64,000 nucleotides of DNA, taken from NCBI GenBank assembly GCA_964019335.1, contig OZ025658.1, positions 744,001-808,000 on the forward strand, in the 5' to 3' direction. How positions within the stretch are numbered: the first letter of the stretch is position 1; each line of letters starts with the position of its first letter. The DNA is from Diplonema japonicum (taxonomy: Eukaryota > Protista > Euglenozoa: Diplonemea). The notes below the pieces were generated by a model. That model was not told where the DNA came from and did no database searches. It was given only the letters and a program-made list of their open reading frames with translations. Made by a program: the position numbers and the translations under genes. Of this stretch, positions 45,701 through 57,700 are shown piece by piece.

Positions 45701-48700
45701 TTCCAGGCACTGATCTCGTGGACGGAGCCCAGAAGACCCCGACAGGGACAGGAAGCGGTGGCAGGCTCTCTGGGGACAGGGCGGAGGTGAACACGGACCT
45801 CGTTTGGCAGGAGATGAACTTCATGGAGGGCGGAACTTACATCGCTGCGGCGCTTGATGTTGCCGCCGACATGTTCCAAGCCTCGCCGAAGGATGGGAGG
45901 AAAAGGGTGCTCTTGATCTTCACCGACGGGCAGATCCAAGATGCGGACAAGCTGGTGGAGGCCAGAAAGCGACTGGAACAAGAGGAAGTAATCACCTACG
46001 GTATAGTGATGAGGATTAAAAAAGACTACGCGATCACCGACACTGATGCAGAGGCTACCCTGAAACCCATCACATCAGAGCCGCATAGCGAGCACTATTA
46101 TAACCTCCTCTTGGACGAGATCCCCGAAACCCTCGACGGGCTGTGCGATCCCAAGTCCACGTGGAGCAAATCCATCGTGGACACCGCGCAGGCAGGTTTG
46201 CACAGGCCCTGTGGGAACTACAACAAGAAAGAGACCTGTAACAGAGACCCCGGGTGTGTGTTCCGCGACGTACTTGCCGCTTGCGTGGACACCCCCTGCA
46301 TGAAGCACTGCTCAGAAGGCCTCTGCAGAAACGACACTGCGAACAAATGCTACTGGAAGGTGGACGAAAGCGTGTGCTACAAGGAGGTAGGGTGCACAGG
46401 GCACCAGAACCAGCGAAACTGCGCTGCTGATGACACGTGTGCCTGGAGGGACAACAAGTGCGTCGACAAGCCTTGCGAGTACCCCGAAGAGAACAGCTGC
46501 ATCGCTGACTCAACCTACGACTGTGAGTGGTCTTCGAAGGATGGTACATGCGGGGAAAAGCCTTGTCAGCACACGGAGGCAGCAGCCTGTGTGGCGGACT
46601 CGAAGTGCCTGTGGGACACTGCGTGCGTCGGAACAGGGTTCCCCGCAATGTGTGTACGCAAGCTTTGCGACTACTCAACCGCTGCAGAGTGCACCACTGA
46701 CACACAGTGCAGCTGGAGCGCCTCAACTTGTACCATGAAGACATGTGCACCATATGCTGATGAGAGGTGCTGCAATGCGAACGAGGATGGCGAGGGCTGC
46801 CACTGGGACGTGAAACAATCACCCGCAATCTGCAGCGTAGGCCCTTGCAGATCGTACAACGAGAATATTTGCAACAGTGAGAGGGGGTGCATGTGGGAGG
46901 GGATTAGGTGCGCGGAGAAGGACTGCAACAAAATGGCTGACAGGTGTGCCTGCGAAGCAGACCCCGACTGCTTCTATAGCCCCGCTCCTGGGAAGCCGCA
47001 CTGCACCTTCCAGCGCTACGGGACGTGCCCCACGCTCGACGTGGTGGTGCTTCTGGACGGTGGGGTGTCGATGGGCGAGAAGTTCGGGCGGCATCCCCAA
47101 GGTTACTACGCCCTTGTGGAGGTTATGAGGGACTGGGCTCAGACCCTGCCCCTGAGCGGGGAGGCTGCTGACACCCCCACTGTGGCGAACTCGCAGGCCG
47201 TGCGTCTTGCATTTGTGCAGTTTGCGGGTAGCGAGAGTTGGGCTCCATCAGACCCCAGGCAGGCCCTCACCGCTACCGGTGCTGGGACTAGCGAAGGACG
47301 CCTCACCGGTTCCTTGTCTGAGGTGGAGGCCGACCTCACCTTCCAAGAGGCTAACTTCATGGGCAAGAGCCTTGTGACGCAGCCGACGGTGCAGGCCACT
47401 TACCTCCTGGCTGGTTTGCAGAAAGCGGTCAGCCTGTTCCGCACCTCGCCCGTGGACGGGAGGAAGCGGGTGCTGATCATCGTGATTGACGGTGAGCTCG
47501 ACGACGCTGACAAATACCAGACCACGAGGGCGGAGCTGGATCAGGCACAGGTGCAAATTTTCGGCGTTGTGGTGCGTCCTCGCGACATGCACACTACCCT
47601 TGACGAGAGGGCGCAGCAGACACTGCATCCCCTGGTGTCCAACCCTAAGGTTGACCACATCGTGAACGTGCAGGTGGACGAGATCGCTGCTTCGCTGAAC
47701 GGTCTGTGTGACCCTGGTCGCCCGTCTTGGGGCGAGTACGTCGGTGTGGTTGCAGAGGGGAGGCAGCCTTGCCAGCTCTACTCTGCCAAGGACTCCTGCA
47801 ACAAGGACGCTGGCTGCGTGTGGTTCGACGAGACCCTGGCTTGTGCAGACTCGCCGTGCTTGGAGCACTGTGACAGGGCGAACTGCACCGCCGACAACCT
47901 GAACCTGTGCAAGTGGAACGAGACGACGAACTCCTGTGGAAAGAAGGAAGTGTGCAGCTACCCTGCACAAACACAGTGCGTCGCTGATGCAGAGTGCGAG
48001 TGGAAGGACGATGTGTGCATCGGGAAGGAGTGCGAGCACGACAACGAGCAGGGCTGTCTTGCAGACCCCGCCGTGTGTGTCTGGGACAACGTGAGGCAGG
48101 ACTGCAAGAAGAAGCGGTGCGTGTATGACAACATGGACAGCTGCAGCTTGGACCTGGATTGCACATGGAACGTGGGGTGCGAGGTGAAGCGGTGCAACTA
48201 CTTGAATCAGACCGCATGCGAGTCAACAGAGCCAGGAATGTGCGTGTGGGACAGCAACAGAAAGTGCGTGCCCGCTCCTTGTAAACAGTACGTGAGCGAG
48301 AGGCTCTGCGCGGCAGACAACAACTGCGAGTGGAGCACTGCTATCTCCCCCGGACTTTGTGAGGTGAAGCACTGCAGAAGATACTGCGACTTACAGACGA
48401 GCATCTGCAACGCGGACGAGTGCAACCAGGACCCAACATGCTTGACCGACCCCGCCACCAGCATTTGTGAGAACAGGGTGTGCGGGATGCTGGGAGACCA
48501 GTGCGCGTGCCACAGGGAACCCGATTGCTTCTGGCTCTCAGGTGACAGGACCTGCGTGGACCAGAAGTACGGTACGTGCCCTACGCTCGACCTTGTCATA
48601 GTGTTCGGTGGGTCTGTTTCCATGAAGGAGATCTTCTGGCGACACCCACACGGTTTCGACGGGGTGGTAGAAATGCTGAGGATGTGGTTGAGCGGGTTGC

Positions 48701-51700
48701 CTCTGAGCGGCGAGAAGGCTGGGGACCCGGTCACGACGACTCCGGACTCCAGGAAGATCCGTGTAGCCTTTGTGCAATTCAGCGGTGTGGCCACAGGGCC
48801 CCTTACGAAGACCCCTATTGCCGGATCTGCGATCAAGACCCCTGCCGGTATTGGTACCGCAGGGAGGCTGTCGGGTGCTTACACGGAGCTTTCCGCAGAC
48901 CTCAGTTGGCACGAGGCAAACTTCATGGGGAACGGGATTTACGTTAACCTCGGCCTACAGATGGCAGCCAGCATTCTGCAAAACTCGCCCACTGACGGGA
49001 GGAGGAGGGCAGTGTACGTCATCACTGACGGACAGTTCCAGGACCAGGCGTACCTCGAGGACGCGAAGGCGAAGCTTGACTCTGTCGGTGCAGAGGTGTT
49101 CGGTATCGTGGTGAGGAGGTTCCCGTCGTCAAAGAACGTCGACGCCGACGCTGAGCAGTCGCTTATGTCAATCACCTCCGGTGCGCACGTTATGAACGTA
49201 GACATGGAGGAGTTTGCCTCGGAGAACGGTCCACTGGCGCAGCTGTGTAACCCTGCTACGGACTTGGGGTCCTCGATCGCAATGGGCGTGGCTAGCGACA
49301 GGCACCAGCCGTGCAATGCGTACTCCACGCAGAAGGATTGCGTGAGTGACGTGGGCTGCACGTGGAACCAACTGTCATGCAGGACGTCGCCTTGCATTAT
49401 GCACTGCAACGAAACCACCTGCAACCGGGACGGTGCGAACGACTGTGTGAACGGGTGGAACTCCGCCGAGGTGACTTGCTACCGCAAGAAGGTGTGTGCT
49501 GGAGATGTCCCGACCAGGTGCGAGGCTGAGGGTGGATGCCGGTGGAACTCATCTGCGGCTGCCTGTGAGGTGAAACCCTGCTACCACGCGCTGGAGGACA
49601 CGTGCATTGCGGATACGGACCATGCGTGCGAGTGGAAGAACTCTGAATGCACAGTGAAGCCGTGTGTGATGTATGCGACAGCGTCTGAGTGCACGGGGGA
49701 CTGCGAATGGAATTCTTCGTCTTTGAAGTGTGCCCCTGTGAAGTGTACGCCGTATACAGACAGGGACGAGTGCAAATCCGACGTTCTATGCCAATGGGAG
49801 GAAGTTTCATCCCGGTGTGCAGTGAGGCCCTGCGTGGAATACCCTGACGACCGTTGGTGCAATGCCGACAGAAAGTGCCACTGGGACACCACAGAGGCAC
49901 CTGGTAGCTGCCAACTGCTACCGTGCGCCAGGTTCGAGAACGAGACGACCTGCAGCCTCGACACGGGCTGCAAATGGGACTCCGCAGCGCAGGTGTGCGT
50001 GGAGATGACCTGCCACTCGATCCCCATGAAGTGCGAGTGTCAACAGGACTCCAGCTGCTTCTGGTCCACAGCCGGCGGCCGCGCACGCTGCGAGGAGCAG
50101 GTGTTTGGGAAATGTCCGACTCTGGATGCAGTCTTGTTACTTGACGGTTCCGCCACGATGGGCCAGAGGTTTTGGCGCCACCCACAGGGCTTCAACGCCA
50201 TGATGGAGATGATCCGTGACTGGGTAAGAATGCTGCCCTTGAGTGGAGAGCTTTCGTCGGTGGGGTCGAGCTCTGCCTCTTCCACTGGCGGTGTGAGGCT
50301 TGGACTGGTGCAGTTCAGCGGCGATCCGAACTCCGTGAACCCGGCGACCGGTGGTGTTGTGAACTCGGCTCTGAGGACGCCACCTACGGTAGGCAGTGGT
50401 GGTAGACTCAGCGGGGACCTTGCGCAGCTCGAGTCGGACGTCACATGGCACGAGGACAACTACATGGGGCAATTCAGGTTCATCGAGGAGGGGCTGAAGA
50501 TGGCTGCCGACATGCTGACAAACGACTCGCCTCTGGACGGGCGCCGTAGGATCGTCATAGTCATTACGGATGGCCTGCTGCTGGACGGTAACCGCCTCAC
50601 ATCTGTACGGGCGAAACTGCAGCAACTGCAGGTGATTACCTTCGGTATCTCTGTAAGGAAGCTCGCCCCACACAGCCCCGAGGACGACGCGGCTGACGCC
50701 GCATTGAAGCCTGTTGTCTCTGAGAACGCGGATGACCACTTCATGAGCCTCACGATGGATGAGATCCCGGAAGAGGTGTTGACTGGGCTGTGCGACCCCA
50801 ACAAAAAATGGGGAGAGTTCGTGTCGGCTGTTGGTGGTGGTTCTGCTGGAACTGGCAACGGCACAATCCCCTGCGTGCAGCTAGACGGGAAAATCACGTG
50901 CAACCGCAACATTGGCTGCATGTGGTCCGACACCACTCTGAGCTGCGGGGCAACACCTTGCCACGACCACTGCGACCAGGCAAACTGCGAGGATGACCTG
51001 GGGAACCACTGCATGTTCGACGCAGCCACCCAGAGCTGTACGAAGAAACGGCCGTGCGGTCACACCGCTGCCCCCGATTGCTGGAGGGACGCCGAGTGCA
51101 TGTGGGAGAACAGCACGTGTGTGGAGAAGCCGTGCCAACATGAAGATGAGGAACCGTGTCTGCTGGACGCTGACGGCTGCGTGTGGGACTCGGTGGAGAA
51201 GACATGTACCCCCGAACTATGCCAAAAGCTGACCAGCAAGGTTGGCTGTGACGACCTTGCTGACGTTTGTATCTGGGATACAACTGGGAACGTCTGCAAG
51301 CCGAAGAGGTGCTTGTCGTGCCCTGCTGGTAACAAGACTTGCTGTGAATCTCCGGACAACCAGCTCTGGTGCGATTACACCACTAGTAACACCTGCGTGG
51401 AGAAACGGTGCGTGGGTTACGTTGATGAGCTCTTGTGCTCGTCGGCGACGGAGAGTCAGTGTAAGTGGGACCCGACTACTTCTCCCGGGACGTGTAGGGA
51501 GAAGTACTGCGCAAAGTTCAACGAGACCACTTGCGAACTGGAGCCTGTTTGCGTCTGGGACTTCGGGGTGTGTGACACCAAGAGGTGTGAGGACGTTCAC
51601 GAGCATTGCGCATGCACGACCGACCCGAGCTGCTTCTGGCATGATGGGACGTGCGTGGACGTGCACTACGGCGCGTGCCCTACCATGGACATCGTCATAC

Positions 51701-54700
51701 TGCTGGACGGGTCATCACTGATGAAGCAGCCCTTTGGACGCTACCGAAACGGCTACTTCGCCCTTGTCGAGATGCTGAAGGACTGGACGTACCTCCTGCC
51801 CCTCCCTGGTGACATTGGTGCCGCTGGTAAAGACCCCAGCCTATACCCCGCAGGCTCCGCAAGGATTGCCCTCATACAGTTCAGCGGTGACAAGAATCTG
51901 GCCGGTGCAAACTCTGCTTTGGTGTCGACCGTCGGCGCGAAGGGTAGGCTTTCAGGCTACGTCCCCGAGCTGAGGCAGGACCTGTCCTATCAGGAGCACA
52001 AACAGATGGCAAAGGATACATTCCTGAAAGAGGCCCTTGACATGGCTGCCGGGCAGCTTTCTGGTCCCCTCTACCCCGCGGACGGGAGGAAGAAGATTGT
52101 GTTGGTTCTCCTAGGGAGCTCGGTAATGGACGAAGGCATGCTGTCTGGTCCTCTCGGGAAGATCCAAGCTGCCGGCGCGCACCTAGTCGGGATCGTGGTG
52201 AGGAGAAGTGATTCGCATAGAACGCAGGACAACGATGCGGAGGCCTCCTTGAAGCCAATTGTGACGGAGCCGAAGAGAGCGCACTTCCAGAACATCGCCA
52301 TCAACAACCTAAAGGAAGAAGTGCTCGACAAGTGGTGCGACCCGAGCACGGCTTGGGGAAGCTGGTTGGTGGACGTGAAGACTACCGATTCCCACCTCCC
52401 CTGTTCTTTCCACAGTGGCTCTTCGGAGTGCAACCGCGACTCTGGGTGCACGTGGGACGACGGGTTAGTAGCCTGCACGGTCACCCCGTGCTTGCAATAC
52501 TGCTCAAAAGCACTGTGCGAACTCTCAGATCCTGCGTACCGTTGCGAGTTCAACGTAAGCGGTGACTCAACTTGCACGAAGGAGAAGATCTGTGCCTACG
52601 CGGATGAACAGCCGTGCATGGCGAACTACGAGTGCACGTGGATGGACAACATATGCGAGCCAATCCCATGCCAACACCACACCGAGCCGGCGTGCGTGTC
52701 TGACCTTGTGGGCTGTGAGTGGGTCGGTTTGGTGGATGGCGAGTGTTTAGTGAAAACTTGTTCGCACAAGACGACCGCGAATTGCACCGACGCGGGGTGC
52801 GAATGGGACCAGGCCGCATCGGTGTGCGGGCCCAAAGTGTGCACGTACACAACAGAGAGGGAGTGCAAGGATGATGAAAGGTGCGATTGGAAGAATGCGG
52901 CGTGTGAAAAGAAGAGATGTGTCGAGCACCTGAGCGAGGGTTCTTGCATCTCGGAGGCCGGGTGTGAGTGGGAGGTGAGTTCTTCACCAGCTTACTGCAG
53001 GGAAACTTACTGCTCGATGTGGACCGCGGAGGTTGACTGCAACCTCGACGCAGCGTGTGCTTGGGACGGCTCGATCTGCGTGCCCTCTACCTGCATGAGG
53101 AACAATGGAAAGTCATGCGAATGCGCAGCCGACCCGAGCTGCTTCTGGGTGGAGTCTAGGCAGTCGTGTGTGGAGGCGGCCTTCGGGGCTTGTCCACCGC
53201 TTGATATCATGGTCGTGTTCGATGGCACCGATCCCATGCAGTGGGCATTTGGGCACCACCCTAACGGCTTTGACGCGTTGATTGAGATGCTGAAGGACTG
53301 GGTAAAGAGTCTACCTTTGAATGGGGACTCGTACATTGTGCCGAAGGCCTTGACAAAAGCTGCAGGGACCAGAGTGGCCTTCGTGCAGATCGGCACCAGC
53401 GTACAGCCTATGTTAGTGACGAGCCCCTCGAACCCATCGACACCCTCTGCTGCTGGTCTGTTGTCCGGTGACCTGAATCAGCTTCTTGGAGACCTTGTCT
53501 TCCACTCAGCCAACATGCTCGGTGGGAGCGGTGGTCGCTACATGGAGAAAGCTGTGATGCATGCGGAGACAGTTTTTTCGAGCCAAAGCCCCACGACAAA
53601 AAAACAGGTGGTGTTGATGTTGTCCAGCGGTACGGTGGCTGACGAGGACAAGATGAAACTTGCGATGGCGACTTTAGATTCGACTGTGCAGGTGTTTGGC
53701 GTGACCCTGCGCCGCTTGAAAGGCACGAGGACTCCGGAGGACAACGCCGCGGCAAGTCAGATGGAGACTTTGGTCTCGGTCACCCACGCGGAGCACTTCC
53801 TGGACCTGGAGATCGACGAGCTCAACGAGAAGGTGTTTTCCGCCCTGTGCGACAGAGCGAAAAGGTTTGGCAAGGCCATGTTGAAGGACCAAGGTGCCCC
53901 TGCTGCTGGTGTGAACCAGCCATGTGTCACTTACACTGTTGCAGCGGACTGCAGTGTAGACACCGGCTGCATGTGGTCTGAGTCCCTGTTGCAGTGCACG
54001 ACGCATCTGTGCAGATCGTATGGTTGCAACCAGGCTGCCTGCACCACAGATGTCGAGTGTGAGTGGACTCCTGAGGCTTCCTGCAGCACGAAGCCACCAG
54101 TCTGCCCCAGCAAGATCACTGAACAGGCCTGCGAAGCTGCTGTGACGCCGAATGGCGGTTGCGCATGGGTGATGGTGGACCTAAACATGTACCGCTGTGT
54201 GGAGAAGCCCTGCGTAGGCCATCGTTCGGAGGACAGCTGTATCACCGATCCGAATGTGTGTGAATGGAACTCGAAGGCCTCTGAGTGCACTAAGAAAAGG
54301 TGCACGTACCCCACGGAGCAGGAATGCGTAGCATCTCATGAGGTCTGCGAGTGGTCAGTCGACCACTGCAGGAACAAGAGATGCGTTTCTACCGACGAAG
54401 CAACATGTTCAGCTGACAACGCGTGCGAGTGGACTACTGTCTGTGAGTTCAAGAAATGCAGGAACTATGATGACGAGCCGACTTGTGACCACGACAACGA
54501 ATGCCACTGGGACGTGAGCGAGTCCCCCCCCAAGTGCGACGTGAAGTTGTGCTTGAAGTACACCTCTGAAGGTTCGTGTGAAACCGACCCTAAGCTCCGC
54601 TGCAGCTGGGACACTACGAGCAACAGGTGTGCGAATAAGGACTGCTCCAAGGTGACGGCCCCGTGCCCCTGCAACAAAGACCTGGGCTGCTACTGGGACA

Positions 54701-57700
54701 CTAGCTTCGGTACGGATGGTGCTTGCGTGTCTGGCTTGTTTGGTGGCTGTCCCTTGATGGATGTGGTGGTGTTGGTGGATGGGACGACGTCCATGAAGAG
54801 TGCGTTCGGTCGCCACGGCAATGGCTACCAGGCGGTGATGGAGCTCCTGCGGGACTGGGCCAGGAAGCTCCCACTGTCTGGGGATTCTGGGGATATAGCA
54901 GCGTCCTTGAAGGTCGACGACGGTGTCCGAGTAGGTATTGTTCAGTTCGCTGCCCAGGGCCGTGCTGCAAAAACCGGCCCCACAGTGGGAAGCGGCGGTC
55001 ACGTCACCGGCATGCTATCTGAGCTTGAGGCGGACCTGGACCACCACGAGTCGAAGATGATCGACACCGACGACGCATACATAGCGGACGCCCTGCACCT
55101 GGCGCAGGCCATGTTCACAAGACCCGAGAGGAAGAAGGTACTGATCATGATCTCTGACAGCGTCATCATTGACGCTGGGAGGGCTGAAGTGAACTCTGCT
55201 GTGAGCGCTTTGTTCGGTGCTGGGGTGAAGGCGTTTGGCGTGCTGCTGCGCCCTGCTGAAGCCTTCCCGTCGACGGCGGGGGACGCGAGGGATGCGATGC
55301 TGAACGTACTGAGTGATGTGAGGGAGGAGCACTTCTTGAATGCCCAAATTGAAGATTTGAAGACCATCCTTGATACTTTGTGCGACCCCTCACAGCAGTT
55401 CGGGCGCTTGATCGCATCTGCTGAGGGTGGTGCCGGTGTTTTGAAACGCAAGAAGCCCTGTCCCAATTACATTGAGAAGCACGACTGCAACAAGGATGCA
55501 GCTTGCAGGTGGAGCGCTTCCCTTCTGTTGTGCTCCGATTCTGCGTGCCTGCGCCACTGTGACGAAGACGTTTGCAGGGCTGACACTTCGAACCTGTGCG
55601 AGTGGGATGCAACCAAGGCCATCTGCTTCAAGAAACCCATCTGCGACCATCCGATTTCGGAATGTGCGGCTGACCCTGGTTGCGAATGGAAGGCTGCAGA
55701 CTCTGTTTGTGTGGAGAAGAAGTGCCAGCATCAAGCTGCGTCTGGCTGTCAAAGCGACCCCGTGGGCTGTATCTGGTACAGCCATACGGATCGCTGCTTG
55801 CCGCGCCCGTGTACGTACACCACCGAAACATCTTGCAACCTTGATGCTGTGTGCACGTGGGACGTCACAGTTGTCGGGACACAAGCGTGGGCCCCCTGCA
55901 TCGAGAAGCCTTGTACTACGACCGATTCCACCGAATGCTTGAGGGACGAGAGGAGATGTCAGTGGGAGTCGAACAGGTGCGTGACGAAGCCGTGCGTGCA
56001 ACACTTGAACGAGAAGACCTGCAACCATGATGAGGGCTGCCACTGGGACGTGAGCGAGTCGCCGACGACCTGCACTGAGAAGCACTGCAGGAGGTTCAAG
56101 TCCGTGGGCACGTGCAACAACGACACGAAGTGTGCTTGGAGCGGTGCCGACGATCTCTGCAAGGAGGTGGTGTGTTCAGGCCTCAGGGACCAGTGTGCGT
56201 GCAACGATAGGGAATTCTGCACGTGGGACAAGGGGAGCGCGGTGTGCAAGCACGTAGACTTCGGGGCCTGCCCGTCGATGGACGTGGCCATTCTGCTCGA
56301 CGGTTCGAAATCGATGAGCGAGTATTTCAGGCACCACTCGCAAGGCTTCGACGCCATGATTGAGGCGCTGAGGGATTGGTTCGAGTCCCTGCCCCTGACG
56401 AACCAGCCCGCGGGGGCTGCGGCAACGCTGGCCTCTGGTACGAGGATCGGCCTCATCCAATTTTCCGTTCCCAACAGCGCCCTAAAGACGCCACCTGGGA
56501 CAGGTACAGGTGGACGCTTTTCTGGGAGTCTCGCAGAGCTGCAAGCGGACCTGGACTGGCACGAGGACAACTATGCCATGCAGCCACAGAGTTACATCTC
56601 GGAGGCCTTGAACTACGCGGGCTTGATGTTCCAATCGGCTGCTGCCAGCGGAAGGGCAAAAATCCTGCTCATCCTGATAAACGAAAAAATCGACGATGCC
56701 TCGCAGCTGAATGCTGCAAGGGCCGTCTTGGAAGGACAGGGCGTAGTGACCCTTGGTGTGGTGCTGAGGAGGTTCCCTGAGCACACGCAATCAGACATAG
56801 ATGCAGGACAAGTGCTCTCGACCATCGTGTCCGAGCCGGGGGACGACCACTACATGAACATTCCGCTGGACAAGTTCTCAGACAATGTGCTGAAGGACTT
56901 TTGCAACCCGAACAGCGAGTTCGGAAGGGTGGTCCTGGCCTACCAGGGGGCAACAGGGGCTGGGCATGTGCCGTGTGGCTCTTACAGAGAAGCAGCCACC
57001 TGCTGGAAGGACGGGTTGTGCTTCTGGAATGACTTTGACGTTGCATGCCAGTGGAGCTCGTGCCACAAGCACTGCTCGCAGGCGACCTGCGAGGCGCACA
57101 GGGACGAGCAGGACAAGGCTTGTTCGTGGACTAGCGGGAGCTGCGGTAGGGTGGTGGAGTGTACGGAAACAACGGAGGCTGAGTGCAGGGCTGCAGAGTG
57201 CTACTGGGACACGACAGTGGAACCCACTTGCATTGTGATGCCGTGCACAGCGATCTCAGAGGACGGTTGCGTGGCGGACGGGTGCGAGTGGGACGACGTG
57301 GTCACTGTTTGCAAAGCAAAGGAGTGCAACGAGAAGAAGCAGATGCCATGCGACGCCAAGGAGAACTGTAAGTGGGACGGCGCAATCGATCAATGCGTGG
57401 AGAGGCCGTGTGTGCCGTACAAAACGCAGGCAAACTGCGAGAAGCACTCCTTCGACTGCAAATGGGAGGGTGGGCTTTGTACTGTGGTGAATGGGTGCGT
57501 TGTTCACACAAACGAGAAAGAGTGCAACACGGACGGTGACTGTGAGTGGAAGACCGCGCACTCGCCCGCTCACTGTGGTGTGCAGGTGTGCAGGAAGTAC
57601 GGAACGGAAACGGATTGCGAAGCGACAGATAAGGGCGCCCTGGACGGTTGCGCCTGGGACAGCACCGAAATGAAGTGTGACGAGGGTGTGATCCTTTGCA

